The notes below the pieces were generated by a model that was given only the letters and a program-made list of their open reading frames with translations, made no database searches and had not been told where the DNA came from. From Cenarchaeum sp. (lineage in GTDB: Archaea; Thermoproteota; Nitrososphaeria; Nitrososphaerales; Nitrosopumilaceae), in assembly GCA_965242695.1 (NCBI GenBank), contig CBDESU010000002.1, positions 1 to 64,000 of the forward strand: a stretch of DNA of 64,000 nt, read 5' to 3'. Both the position numbers and the translations under genes were made by a program. The stretch's first letter is position 1. Each line of letters starts with the position of its first letter. This document shows positions 31,458 through 41,867 of the stretch, in pieces.

Positions 31458-33857
31458 CTACGAGGCAAGGCGGAGCATCCCGCCCCGCTCCTCGACCCTT
31501 CCATTCTCCACAAGCGAAGAGACCGCATCGCGGACGATCCCCTTCAGCCCCCTGACCTGGTTGCGCGTGAACATCCTGGACAGGCGCCCGCTGGCGACCT
31601 CGACAAGGCGGCCCGAGTCCATGGCCGCCCCCTTTGACCGCAGCGCGGACAGGACGATCCTGCCGGCCAGAACGGCTGCCCGCCGCCTGCGCTGCCTCTG
31701 CTCGTCCATCCCATCCTTCCTGCATTCCCACCTGCCGTCCTCAAGCCCGGCGATCAGGCCATCGGATGCGAGGGCCGCCAGGACCAGGCCCACGTCCTTG
31801 ATGTCCCTCCCTGCTATCCCGGTCGCCCCGAGGATGCCGTCCATGTCCCACACCCTGGCCGGTTCGCCTAGCATGGTGTCGATTACGCGCCCGCGCATCG
31901 GGTACTTCCACTCCCCGTCGCATTCCGACTCGAGGCGGCCGGCGCGCTCTAGCTGCCCGAGCATGACCGACACGTGCACGCATGCGATGCGCTCGCCGCG
32001 CCGCGCCATCTCGGAGCGCACAAAGCGCGCGTTTATCGGGTGGTTGGCCGTACGCGCGCACTCTAGCACGAGCCGGTGCTGGCCGGCCAGGACGGCCCCG
32101 TACCTTTTCACATCCTCGGCCGCGTCGGCCCCCTCCCTGACCCAGAGAAGCGCGTTCCTGCCGTCAGGCCCCTCGGCCCTTGCAAATTCCCTGCCGTCCC
32201 TCAGGTAGCGCATCAGGACCGAGGCGGGAATGCGGCTCTCGGCCTCGGGCAGGTAGAGTACGTCCCGCCCCGACGCGTACCGCTCGGCGTCCGGCCTGAG
32301 CGCCGCCTCGAGGACCTTGCGCCCCCTGTCGGTCACCGACAGCACTCCCTCGTTGCGGCTCAGGAGCCCCTGCCGCTCCAGGCCGGCTGCAATGTGCGGG
32401 ACATCAAGCCGCCCGGATCCCGCGCCGCCGTCGCCGCCGTCCCGCTCGCCCCGCCAGTACCCCTCCAAGTCGAACTCGTGCTGGATGTCGGCGAGTAGGT
32501 TCTTGCGGTCGGCGCCGCCGCAACCCACCCACGAGGCCAGGGACGCGATGTCGGTGCGCTCTCCCGATGCGATGTCGCGCGCGGCGACCGGCAGGCCCTC
32601 GCCCGTCCTGTACTGCGACCAGGCGGCCCTCATGGCCGCTACCGTGTCAAGGAACGCACGCACGAGGCCGTCGCCATCGCCGTCGCCGCCTGCATGCCCG
32701 TACGCTGCGGCCCCCTCGTCGTCCGTGGTTAGGCACGCGGCGCGCCGCACGATCGACGCATAGTCCTTGCCGTATCGTGCGGCAAGGCCGCCTGCGCCCG
32801 CCCTGCCCCTCATGCGGACGTGCCCGATCAGGTCGTCCAGGACGGCCTCGCCGCTCTCGCACTCCTCAAAGTGCAGCAGCTCGAGGTACCTTGTCCGCGG
32901 GGATCCAGAGGCGGATGCCCTCAGGCGGGGCTGGTACCATGCGACGGCCAGGAACCGGCCTTGCATGCCGGCAGCCTGCAGGGCATCGCCGCCGTGCGGC
33001 AGGCCGTCGGGAGGTGGAGGGCTGCCGCCGGGGCGCAGCGCAGAGACCGCCTCGCCCCCCAGGCCCCTGAACGTGACCATCGAGTCGTCTAGGTCCTCGA
33101 CCGTGCCAGGCAGAATGACCGGCGCGCCCAGGCGCTGCCACGAGTCGTCCTGGACGGATGCTATTTCGCAAAAGGCGTCCATCTCGAGCGAGTTCGAGAG
33201 CGCATCCAAGTCGGACGCCGAGGCCTTTAGAAAGTCCCAGTCGCCAAGGCACGGGGTGCGGCCGGGCAGAGGGGCGGCTTCGGTACTGGATACGCAGTGC
33301 AGGCGGTTTGTCAGCGGCATCGGCGTCGCGGGGCCGATCCGGCAAAAGCCGAGCGGGATGGCCTCGGCCACATCTTGCGGCGCGCGCACCGACATGCACG
33401 TCCCGAGGGAGGGCACGACCGCAGAGATTACGGTTCGAGGGCCAGCGCCAACGTCCGGCGGAGACGACTTTTTGAACACCCAAGAGTCAAAGTGCGCGGT
33501 GCTCGCGCCGGCATCGCGTACTTTGACGAGGTAGCGGGCCGCGCTCCTGGCGCAGCCTAGGAATACGTCGTCGAACGCCCGCGGCGTCTCGCATGTGAGC
33601 CGCGCCTCGGCAAGCCAGCCGCACGCCTCGGCCATCCGATCCCTTGTCGTGCCCGCGCCCTCGGCATCCTCGTGCCGCACGTCGGCGGGGTCCCTGTCGA
33701 GCAGCAGCCTGGCGTTGCCCGTCGTCAAGACCATTGCGGCGTAGATGTTGGAGAGCTGCGCGCGCAGCGATCGCTCGCTGAACAGCCACGGAGCGCCGTC
33801 GGAAGGGTCGCCGCCGTGCCCGCCGCTGCCGTCGGCATCGCCGCCCCCGCCGGCCAT
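31458..33857 (-). CDS. Large hypothetical protein with several C-terminal winged-helix-like repeats
   Basis: 799 aa. 'LERQGLL.....VTDRG', 'LERAGRL', 'LASDGLI' and 'LVENGRV' look like wHTH recognition-helix/wing segments. Divergent from drmA. Confidence 0.7.
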   Translation of the reverse strand: MAGGGGDADGSGGHGGDPSDGAPWLFSERSLRAQLSNIYAAMVLTTGNARLLLDRDPADVRHEDAEGAGTTRDRMAEACGWLAEARLTCETPRAFDDVFLGCARSAARYLVKVRDAGASTAHFDSWVFKKSSPPDVGAGPRTVISAVVPSLGTCMSVRAPQDVAEAIPLGFCRIGPATPMPLTNRLHCVSSTEAAPLPGRTPCLGDWDFLKASASDLDALSNSLEMDAFCEIASVQDDSWQRLGAPVILPGTVEDLDDSMVTFRGLGGEAVSALRPGGSPPPPDGLPHGGDALQAAGMQGRFLAVAWYQPRLRASASGSPRTRYLELLHFEECESGEAVLDDLIGHVRMRGRAGAGGLAARYGKDYASIVRRAACLTTDDEGAAAYGHAGGDGDGDGLVRAFLDTVAAMRAAWSQYRTGEGLPVAARDIASGERTDIASLASWVGCGGADRKNLLADIQHEFDLEGYWRGERDGGDGGAGSGRLDVPHIAAGLERQGLLSRNEGVLSVTDRGRKVLEAALRPDAERYASGRDVLYLPEAESRIPASVLMRYLRDGREFARAEGPDGRNALLWVREGADAAEDVKRYGAVLAGQHRLVLECARTANHPINARFVRSEMARRGERIACVHVSVMLGQLERAGRLESECDGEWKYPMRGRVIDTMLGEPARVWDMDGILGATGIAGRDIKDVGLVLAALASDGLIAGLEDGRWECRKDGMDEQRQRRRRAAVLAGRIVLSALRSKGAAMDSGRLVEVASGRLSRMFTRNQVRGLKGIVRDAVSSLVENGRVEERGGMLRLAS

Positions 33858-33875
33858 CCTGGGAGGGGCCGGCGT

Positions 33876-33891
33876 TCAATGTTATATAGTA
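33876..33891. promoter_or_regulatory. Bidirectional TATA element
   Basis: A single ttatata in the 52-bp gap between ATG 33857 (-) and ATG 33910 (+). Confidence 0.6.
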
Positions 33892-33909
33892 GACGGCGCA
33901 GGCGCGGAC

Positions 33910-36900
33910 ATGCGGGACGTCATGGTGGCCGACCTTGTGGCCAACCTGCTGGGTCCCCGTGGCGGGCGCGAGGAGGAGATGGAAGAAAGCCCCGTCTTCG
34001 AGTACGTGACGGGCATTTTGGCCCCGATAGAGGGCGGCGGCGAGAAGGAGACGGGCGGCGGCGAGCCCGGCATGGAGGACGCCGAGAGTGGCGGCGGTGG
34101 AAGCACGTACGAGGGGGACGAGGAAGGGGCCGAGGATGAGGCGGCCGCTCCGATCGCCCCCGCATCCCTGCCGGCGTTAGACCCAAAGAGGATGCCGTCG
34201 TCGATGGGGATGACGTTCTACGCGCAGGCGGACGGGGCGCCGGGGATCGACGTGTGCGTCACGTGGGCCAGGTACGCAATGCATGACGGGAAATGGAGGC
34301 GCATGCCGCGGCACGCCATCCTGTCCACGGGGTGCGCGGAAGACGAGGTGCGCTGGCTAGGCGGCGACGGAGGCGAGGCGGAGGACCGCGGCAAGGCGGA
34401 GGTATCGGTCCACATACGGCCAAAGCAAGAGGACGGCCACGTGTCCGTCAGCATGTACGTGGTAAACAGGATGGGAGCCGGCGCCAGCGCCTCAGAGTCC
34501 GTCAAGTTCCACATCTTTCAGCCGCAGATCAGAGTGCTGTGCGGGGACGGCGCGCGGCTGGTGCCGCAGCCCGGAGCGCGCTCCGGCTCCGACGCGGACG
34601 AGGCAGAGCAGGAAATGCTCTACAGGGACAAGAGGGCGCTCGGAAAGGGGCACCTGACTTCTGTGGTGTGGAGGGAGATTGATCCAGAGTGCCTGCGCGG
34701 CGAGTCCGAGCCGGACAACCCAGAGTGCCTGCGGCGGCCGGGGTTCTCGTGGATAGACGGCGCAGGGCTAGCCGACGAGGACAGGGAGCGGTTCTCAAGG
34801 GCCGACATTAGGACAGAGTTCGTGCCCATGTATGCCGTCCCCGCCCCCGATGCTGACTACTGGCCCGGCGGCCCCGGCGACAGGCCGCGCCTTGAGGCGC
34901 GATTCTACTCGGATCTATTCAACCCGGACGACCTCAGGGGCGCCCTTGCCCCGCTTGCCGAAGCGTATGGAAAATGGGCCAGTGGCCTCGAGAAGGCGGC
35001 AGAAAGCGAAGGCGGCGGTGAGATCGTGGCGGATGCGATCAGGAAGGCCAGAGAGGTAGAGAGGAGGATAGTGAGCGGGATCGGCCTACTCTGCGCGGAC
35101 GACGACGCAAGGCTGGCGTTCTGCTTTGCGTGCCGCGCCATAGACATGCAGGTGTCGTGGTCCAAGGGGCCCGACGGCTTTGTATTCCGCCCATTCCAGC
35201 TTGCGTTCGTCCTGCTCAGCGCCGAGTCCGCGCTCAACCCAAAGTCGCAGGACAGGGAGGCGTGCGACCTGCTATGGGTCCCGACGGGGGCGGGAAAGAC
35301 CGAGGCGTACCTGGTGCTGGCGGCGATGGTCGCAGCGCATCGGCGCCTCAAGGCGAGGCACAAGATCACGAAGGACAGGTCGGGGGTCGGCGTGTCGGTG
35401 ATCAGCAGGTACACGCTGCGCCTCTTGACGATCCAGCAGTTTCGGAGGACGCTAGCGCTGTTTACCGCCATGGAGTGCCTCAGAGTGGACGGTATGGGTG
35501 CGGCAGACGGAGGCAAGAGAATAGGATGGAGGCCGCAGGGATGCGGCAGGGACGAGGAATTCCTCGGGGGCACGGCCAGGTTCTCCGTGGGCCTGTGGGC
35601 TGGCACCAGGGTCACCCCCAACTGGCTTGAAGACAGGGGGTTCAACCCGTCCACCAAGAAAAGGATATCAGGGGCCCTGACTCTACTCAGGGAGCCGGAC
35701 CGCCAAGGTACAGGCCATGGCGAATCGCACGGCGAGCCGGCGCAGGTTCTAGACTGCCCCGCCTGCGGATCCATACTCTCGCTCCCGACCGGCGGGCTGC
35801 GGCGGGGAAATACGACGCTTCACTACGCGATAAGGGTGTCCAGCGGCGCGGACGCCGCGGCGGCAATGTCTCCCCCGGACGGGGACGCGGTCGAGGCCGA
35901 CAGCCAGGACGTGCGGGGCGTGCGAGTCATGATGCGGCGCGTGCGAGGACAGATGTTCACGATGACGATCAGCCTAGGGATCAAAGCCCGCCTCGATCAC
36001 CGCGCTCTGCGCGAAGTGTGCGAAAAGGTGAGGCTGCACCTCAAGAAGCTGCATGTCGATATCGAGTACCTTTCGGCGAGGTCGCGCCCCGGCTATTTTT
36101 TCAAGAGGTATGGGGACAAGGTGTACGACTTCGAGGTGTTCTGCCCAAACGCCGCCTGCCCACTCAGGCGCGAGTGGGCCGCGGGGACGGCGTGCGGCAA
36201 CGCCAACGGGACCTCGGACGACGGCCATCTGGCCGCAAGCCAGGTACGGGGCGTTGACAGCCCCGACGGCAACCTGTTTGTCGACGTCAACGAGGCGTTT
36301 CGGATCGAGCGGCACATCTCCGACCGCGTGCCGATACCGGCGTTTACGGTCGACGAGCAGGTCTACGCGAACATTCCGACCATGATCGTGGGCACGGTCG
36401 ACAAGTTCGCCCGGATGCCGTTCGAGAGCAGGGCGGCCCAGCTCTTCGGCAACGTCGACCACTGCCACCATGTACGCGGGTACTACAGGCTGGCCGGGTC
36501 GGGGCATCCTGGACCGACGGGAAGAAAAAAGTCAGGCCTGCACTATGAAAAGCTCGAACGAAGGATAGAGCCACCCAACCTCATCATACAGGACGAGCTC
36601 CACCTGCTTGACGGTCCACTCGGGAGCATGGTCGGCATCTATGAGACGGCCGTCGATCGGCTCGCATCCGGAAAGACCTCGCCCATAAAGTACGTCGCGT
36701 CGACGGCCACGACGAGGCGTGCCGACCAGCATGTCGGGGCGCTCTTTTCAAGGGACCTCGCGGTCTTTCCGCCGCAAGGCATCAGGGCAGGCGACAGGCC
36801 GTTCATAGGCGAGCCGGGCGGCGCCACGCCGCTCGACGAGTCGGGGCCCGGTAGACTCTACGTCGGCGTGTGGACGCCAGGCAGGGGGCCCCTCACCCCC

Positions 36901-37863
36901 CTAGTCCGCATATGGTCCAGGCTCGCCTGCTCGATTAACTGCAACGCAGACGACCCGAATGCCGACAAGTATTGGACTATAACGGGCTACTTTAGCAGCG
37001 TACGCGAGCTGGCCGAGGCCAGGTCGCTGTACAGGCAGAACATCCCGGAGCGGGCCCGCGACCTGCCGTGCGGGGACGGCCCGCGGGCGTTCGGCGAGGA
37101 TACGGCGCTAGAGCTGTCGGGCCGCACACCGTCGGCCGATCTTCCCGCATACCTGCGGCTGCTCGAGGGAGGTGAAAGAGAGGCGGCGCCAGAGGCGCTG
37201 TTCACGACATCCATGTTTGGGACGGGCATCGACGTCTCGAGGATAAGCACCATGGTCGTCGCCGGCCAGCCCAAGACGCAGTCCGCGTACATACAGGCCA
37301 CGGGCAGGGTGGGCCGCACCAGGGGGGCGATCGTCGTCACGCTCCACAAGCCAGGCAGGCCGCGCGACCTCAACCACTACGAGCTCTTTGCGCGATACCA
37401 CATGCAGCTGCACAGGTTCGTCGAGCCGCCCACGGCGTTTCCGTTTGCAGCCGGCGTCATGGAGCATGCGGCGGGGCCTGTCATGGTCGGGCTGCTGCGC
37501 AACATGAGGGGGCTTGACGCATGGGCGCCAAAAGACAGCGGCGCACTGGAGGCCAAGACAAGGCAGGGCGACATGGATGCGGTCAGGGCGATGCTGTCCG
37601 GGCGGGCGGCGGCGCAGCCTGAGCGCAAGCGCCCCGATCCTGCAGACGTCTCGAGTGCGACAGGGCTGGGAACGGGGAGATGGAGCTCGGCGGCCGGCAG
37701 GTTCGCCGATCTGTCGTACTACGAGTACGCCTGGCGCGGCGATCCAAAGAAACACGTCGTACTAGGAAGCCCCGCGCACAAAAAGGCGGACAAGAGTGGC
37801 GTGTTTGAGGATGTGCCAAACTCGATGCGGAGCGTCGAGGAGGAGGCGGTGTTCGAGGCATGA
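33910..37863 (+). CDS. drmA: DISARM-type SF2 helicase DrmA
   Basis: 'LLGP', 'Y.TGIL.P', 'LLWVPTGAGKTEAYL', 'RYTLRLLTIQQF.R', 'GTVDKFA', 'LIIQDELHLLDGPLGSMVGIYE' and 'YIQATGRVGR'. Confidence 0.85.
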   Translation: MRDVMVADLVANLLGPRGGREEEMEESPVFEYVTGILAPIEGGGEKETGGGEPGMEDAESGGGGSTYEGDEEGAEDEAAAPIAPASLPALDPKRMPSSMGMTFYAQADGAPGIDVCVTWARYAMHDGKWRRMPRHAILSTGCAEDEVRWLGGDGGEAEDRGKAEVSVHIRPKQEDGHVSVSMYVVNRMGAGASASESVKFHIFQPQIRVLCGDGARLVPQPGARSGSDADEAEQEMLYRDKRALGKGHLTSVVWREIDPECLRGESEPDNPECLRRPGFSWIDGAGLADEDRERFSRADIRTEFVPMYAVPAPDADYWPGGPGDRPRLEARFYSDLFNPDDLRGALAPLAEAYGKWASGLEKAAESEGGGEIVADAIRKAREVERRIVSGIGLLCADDDARLAFCFACRAIDMQVSWSKGPDGFVFRPFQLAFVLLSAESALNPKSQDREACDLLWVPTGAGKTEAYLVLAAMVAAHRRLKARHKITKDRSGVGVSVISRYTLRLLTIQQFRRTLALFTAMECLRVDGMGAADGGKRIGWRPQGCGRDEEFLGGTARFSVGLWAGTRVTPNWLEDRGFNPSTKKRISGALTLLREPDRQGTGHGESHGEPAQVLDCPACGSILSLPTGGLRRGNTTLHYAIRVSSGADAAAAMSPPDGDAVEADSQDVRGVRVMMRRVRGQMFTMTISLGIKARLDHRALREVCEKVRLHLKKLHVDIEYLSARSRPGYFFKRYGDKVYDFEVFCPNAACPLRREWAAGTACGNANGTSDDGHLAASQVRGVDSPDGNLFVDVNEAFRIERHISDRVPIPAFTVDEQVYANIPTMIVGTVDKFARMPFESRAAQLFGNVDHCHHVRGYYRLAGSGHPGPTGRKKSGLHYEKLERRIEPPNLIIQDELHLLDGPLGSMVGIYETAVDRLASGKTSPIKYVASTATTRRADQHVGALFSRDLAVFPPQGIRAGDRPFIGEPGGATPLDESGPGRLYVGVWTPGRGPLTPLVRIWSRLACSINCNADDPNADKYWTITGYFSSVRELAEARSLYRQNIPERARDLPCGDGPRAFGEDTALELSGRTPSADLPAYLRLLEGGEREAAPEALFTTSMFGTGIDVSRISTMVVAGQPKTQSAYIQATGRVGRTRGAIVVTLHKPGRPRDLNHYELFARYHMQLHRFVEPPTAFPFAAGVMEHAAGPVMVGLLRNMRGLDAWAPKDSGALEAKTRQGDMDAVRAMLSGRAAAQPERKRPDPADVSSATGLGTGRWSSAAGRFADLSYYEYAWRGDPKKHVVLGSPAHKKADKSGVFEDVPNSMRSVEEEAVFEA

Positions 37864-39692
37864 CGGGCAAACTGATGGTGCGGCCCTCGCAGTTTATACT
37901 GACGTATGGGCCAGGGGCCCTGCTGGAGGGACCCGACGGCCCTAGGCTCGTACGGGACGCCGGTATCGGCCTGTTCTCCGAGCACGGGGGAAAGGATCCG
38001 AACCAGTACAGGATAGACGACGACAGGATGTCAAGGGGACTCCTTGGCGGAGCCAAGATATACCGCCTGCCGACAGAGTCCGAGACGGGCGAGGGCGAGC
38101 CGTACAGGACGATGGAGTTTCCCAGGTGGAAGCTCTGCCTCAACCGGCACGGGAAGGGAGGGGACTACCTCCTGCACAGGAGGCAGTCGTGCCCCGACTG
38201 CGGGGAAGACAGGTGGCAGGGCGCCATCAGATTCGTCGTAGCCTGCAGTGAAGGCCACTTGGACGAGCTCAACTGGGACTATGTCGTGCACCGCAAGTCG
38301 GGCCATGCGGTCGACACGTCAAAGCACAGGATAGTCGAGGGGGAGGCCTTTTACTGGCACCGCCGCGGCGGCGCGCTCGGCGACATCGTAATAAGGTGCT
38401 ACTACCGCGACCAGTGCCATGCGCAGGCAAACCTAGGCGAGGTGTACTACCGAGCCCACCCATGCAGCGGCCGCCACCCGCACACGGAGGTTACAAGCCC
38501 TCCCACCAGGCCGATGAACTGCAAGGCGTCCGCCCGCGTGGTGCCGCGCCAGTCGGCCGCCCTGAGGATAGCCGAGACCAGGACTCTGCTGTCCATACGG
38601 CCTGTCACAGAGGTGCATACGCTGCTCCAAGACGATGCCCTCAAGGGCGCCATAGCCCAAGAGAGGGCGCACGGTGAGATCGATGCAGAGGGGTTCAAGA
38701 GAATCGTCGGCATACAGGAGGAGACGGGCAACATAGGCGCCGACACGAGGTACAAGCTCCTCGATGCTCCGTGGAGCGTCGTGGAGGATGCCCTAGGCTA
38801 CCTTGCAAAGCGCGACCTGACGACGTATGATGCGCTGATCAAAGACGAGCTGGCGGGCCTCCTGCTGGCATCTCTGCACGGGGCGCCGCCGCAAGGATCG
38901 CCCGACACGGACGGAGTCAAGCATGTCCTTGAAGTCAGGCCCGACAGCAGCGAGGTGCTTGATGCGGGCGGCGCCCTGATGCGCGTCACACCGGTTCAAA
39001 AGCTCAGGACGGTCACCGTGCAAAAGGGGTTTAGGCGAGGCGTGGGCGGGTGGGAGTCGCTCCCCGAGCTGGTCGACGTGTCGTTTGCCAGGGGAGGCAA
39101 GAGGTGGTACCCGGGCGTCGAGTACATGGGCGAGGGCATATTCATGCGGCTCGAGGAGAACGACGGCTGGGCTAGCATGCAGGCGGACGGAGCGCCCGGC
39201 ACATGGCTCGACATGCTCAAGGGGCACGACCGCAAGCGCTACCCGTCTCATGTGTTCAGGGACGACGGCGCGAGGGAGGAGATGCACCCCGGCTTTGTCT
39301 GGTGGCACACGCTGGCCCACCTTCTGGTGCGCACCATCGGCGAGCATTCGGGATATGCGGCAGCGGCGATCAGGGAGAGGGTGTACTTTGAGCAGGACGA
39401 GAGCGGCGGGAAGTTCAGGGGCGGGTTGCTGCTGTACGCCACGCAGCCTGGCAGCGAGGGCACGATGGGAGGGCTGGTCGGCATGATGCCGCACATGAAG
39501 GGCCTGCTAGACGAGTCGTTCGAGAGGGGCAGGCTGTGCTCGGGCGACCCCCTGTGCAGCGAGAGCGAGCTCAAGGAAGGCGGCCACAACGGGGCGGCCT
39601 GCTACGCATGCCTTCTCAACTCGGAGACGTCGTGCGAGCACAGGAACATGTGGCTGGACAGGAACGTGCTCGGGCAGGGGCTGCGGTCGTAG
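37860..39692 (+). CDS. drmB: DISARM-type DrmB (DUF1998)
   Basis: 'RPSQFI.TYGPGA', 'RFVVAC.EGHLDE', 'HTLAHLL', 'GY....IRERVY', 'GTMGGL', 'CSGDPLC' and 'GAAC.AC....ETSCE.RN..LDR'. ATGA overlap with drmA. Confidence 0.88.
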   Translation: MTGKLMVRPSQFILTYGPGALLEGPDGPRLVRDAGIGLFSEHGGKDPNQYRIDDDRMSRGLLGGAKIYRLPTESETGEGEPYRTMEFPRWKLCLNRHGKGGDYLLHRRQSCPDCGEDRWQGAIRFVVACSEGHLDELNWDYVVHRKSGHAVDTSKHRIVEGEAFYWHRRGGALGDIVIRCYYRDQCHAQANLGEVYYRAHPCSGRHPHTEVTSPPTRPMNCKASARVVPRQSAALRIAETRTLLSIRPVTEVHTLLQDDALKGAIAQERAHGEIDAEGFKRIVGIQEETGNIGADTRYKLLDAPWSVVEDALGYLAKRDLTTYDALIKDELAGLLLASLHGAPPQGSPDTDGVKHVLEVRPDSSEVLDAGGALMRVTPVQKLRTVTVQKGFRRGVGGWESLPELVDVSFARGGKRWYPGVEYMGEGIFMRLEENDGWASMQADGAPGTWLDMLKGHDRKRYPSHVFRDDGAREEMHPGFVWWHTLAHLLVRTIGEHSGYAAAAIRERVYFEQDESGGKFRGGLLLYATQPGSEGTMGGLVGMMPHMKGLLDESFERGRLCSGDPLCSESELKEGGHNGAACYACLLNSETSCEHRNMWLDRNVLGQGLRS

Positions 39693-39994
39693 AGAAGAGG
39701 GTAGCGGGGCAATATCCCGTGCTGTGAGGGGCATCTGCCCGCTTGCCGCTCCCGACGCCTTGTGCAGCCATCCGGAGCTGGAGTTCACACTGCAGTACCG
39801 CTCGCCACCGCGCCATCGTGCCGTGTAAAATGAAACCCTGTAAAGCGAAGTACGGCATGTATAGGATCGGCGGACGGAGGCTCTGACATCAAGAGTCCGT
39901 CTGAGTGTCTGTTTGTGGCATCCCATGCAGATGCTTGTACTTACTGAAAGCACAGTCGGAGATCATGCAATTGCCGGGCACAGGTGGTGGCATC

Positions 39995-40531
39995 CTACCC
40001 AATATTCGTACTGATGCCAGCCCGCGGCAACCCAATCCAAAACTCCTCATTCGAGTGGTCTATGTACACGCGGGCCCTGTCGAAAAAGCCGTTCAGTCCA
40101 AGCAGAAGCGGGTGGCCTATGTCCGGATCCCGCGACCATGGCGTGTCAGGGACGATGACTTTGGACACGCCTATGTCAAACCACGCTTCGTAGCACTGGA
40201 TCTCCATGCCCACCATTGCATAGTACGCCCAAAACAACCCCGACGCGCTGTACGCCTTGTGTCGCGTGCCCTTATCGATCGGTATGCCCCGGTCCTGGAG
40301 CAACCACATTGGCATTGCCGGCATATCTGCCCCAGTGTCCAGCAGTCCGTCGGCCTGGACGTTGTGCTTGCCCTGCCCGGGAAGGCTGTCCATAGGCCTT
40401 GGGCTAACTGTAAGGGCAGCCCGGCGAACTGATACAGGCGCACCGCCTCCCCGTGACGGTACCGACACGCTTCGATACTTAAGCCGCATCCACGACGAGG
40501 GGAAGTGTGGCTGGTCACTGCTTTGGAACAT
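39995..40531 (-). CDS. Retropepsin-like aspartic protease, intact
   Basis: Catalytic LLDTGAD and second motif LLLGLNGFFD. Start overlaps the upstream gene by 17 nt. Confidence 0.85.
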   Translation of the reverse strand: MFQSSDQPHFPSSWMRLKYRSVSVPSRGGGAPVSVRRAALTVSPRPMDSLPGQGKHNVQADGLLDTGADMPAMPMWLLQDRGIPIDKGTRHKAYSASGLFWAYYAMVGMEIQCYEAWFDIGVSKVIVPDTPWSRDPDIGHPLLLGLNGFFDRARVYIDHSNEEFWIGLPRAGISTNIG

Positions 40532-40862
40532 AGAGCCAAGGCACCTCCTCGGGCTTTGCATAGATGTACCGCATGTGAGGACCTCCCTTGCCGGCTTTGC
40601 GCCCCTCTTGGCAGACCAGCCCCGGGTCTTTGCCGTGCGCTACGATTTCGCCGTCGGCCACGGCTATCCACTCGCCCATGTATTTTTGTGCCTCCTCGGG
40701 CTTCATTGCGTTGAGGAATGCCAGGTTCTTCACGGCGCCCTCGTCGATCTGCGTGCACTGCGGGGGGTATCCGACGCGCACGTCCTCGGGCGATATGATC
40801 ACGTCCCCCTCAAGCATGGGTGGAAGGCCTGTCCCAAGGCGCCGGCCGGTATCGTCTGCCAT
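40515..40862 (-). CDS. DUF5678-like protein
   Basis: KYMGEWIAVADGEIVAHGKD; TTAAATA ~25 nt upstream. Confidence 0.82.
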   Translation of the reverse strand: MADDTGRRLGTGLPPMLEGDVIISPEDVRVGYPPQCTQIDEGAVKNLAFLNAMKPEEAQKYMGEWIAVADGEIVAHGKDPGLVCQEGRKAGKGGPHMRYIYAKPEEVPWLYVPKQ

Positions 40863-41230
40863 TGTAAGGCGCAGAATAGCCCCTCTATTTAACCGGTGCG
40901 TCGGGCGCCGCACGGGCTACCCGGCCAGGCGCCCCGTCCGAGCCGCACCCGGGGCGCCGTGCCTTGTACACCTAAGCGCCGCGGTGCGGAGCCGGCGCGG
41001 GGCTAGTCCGAGGAGGATGTTCGCGCCGGCGGGCGGCGCGGCAAGGATACAGCATCCACAAACGAGGGGTGCAAGGGTTCGCCGCCGCGGCCCGCTCTCG
41101 TGACGGCAACGCCTCGCATGCGCCAAGAGGCGGAGGCCCGGCTTCTAGCCGATCCGGTCCCGTGCCCCTGTGGTGCATCGGCGCGTAGTGACAGTCAAAC
41201 CGCGCCCACATCATGGAAGTGTACGGCCGG

Positions 41231-41599
41231 TCATTGCCTTGGGACGTAGAGCCAGCCGCTGCCGAGCCAAGGCACCTCTTCGGGCCTTGCATAGATGTAC
41301 TCCACGTGGGGGCACCCCTTGCCGGCCTTCCACCCGGCCTCGCAGACCTGCATGGGATCCTCGCCGTGCGCTACGATTCCACCGCCGGCCACGGCTATCC
41401 ACTCGCCCATGTACTTTTGGGCCTCCTCGGGCGTCATTGCGTTGAGGAAGTCCATGTCCTTCTTGGCGCCCTCGTCGATCTCCGTGCACTGCGGGGGGTA
41501 TCCGACGCGCATCTCCTCGGGCGGTATGTACCGGACTTTGCCTAGGCCTGGTATGGGAGGAAGCGGCGGCCCGGCGCGCCTGTCGTTCTCGTTCGCCAT
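41231..41599 (-). CDS. DUF5678-like protein; downstream protease decayed
   Basis: KYMGEWIAVAGGGIVAHGED. Confidence 0.8.
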   Translation of the reverse strand: MANENDRRAGPPLPPIPGLGKVRYIPPEEMRVGYPPQCTEIDEGAKKDMDFLNAMTPEEAQKYMGEWIAVAGGGIVAHGEDPMQVCEAGWKAGKGCPHVEYIYARPEEVPWLGSGWLYVPRQ

Positions 41600-41867
41600 T
41601 GCGGGGCTAGAATCGCGCCCCCATTTAGGCAGTTTGATCAGGCGCCGCGGGAGGGGGCGCCCCTGCGCCCATGCCGAGGCCCCGCCCGGGCCCCCGCAGC
41701 GCCCCGATGCCGTGTACGCCTGGGCAATGCGGGGCTGTTGCGCGCCAAGCGGCGGCAGGCTACTGCGCGCCGGCAGTCGGGCCCAACGAGGCAACGGATG
41801 CGGCGGCGAGCAGAGTGCCGGCAGACACCCGCTGCTCGCAGCGGCACGCCGCCCGCCCCCGTTCTCG

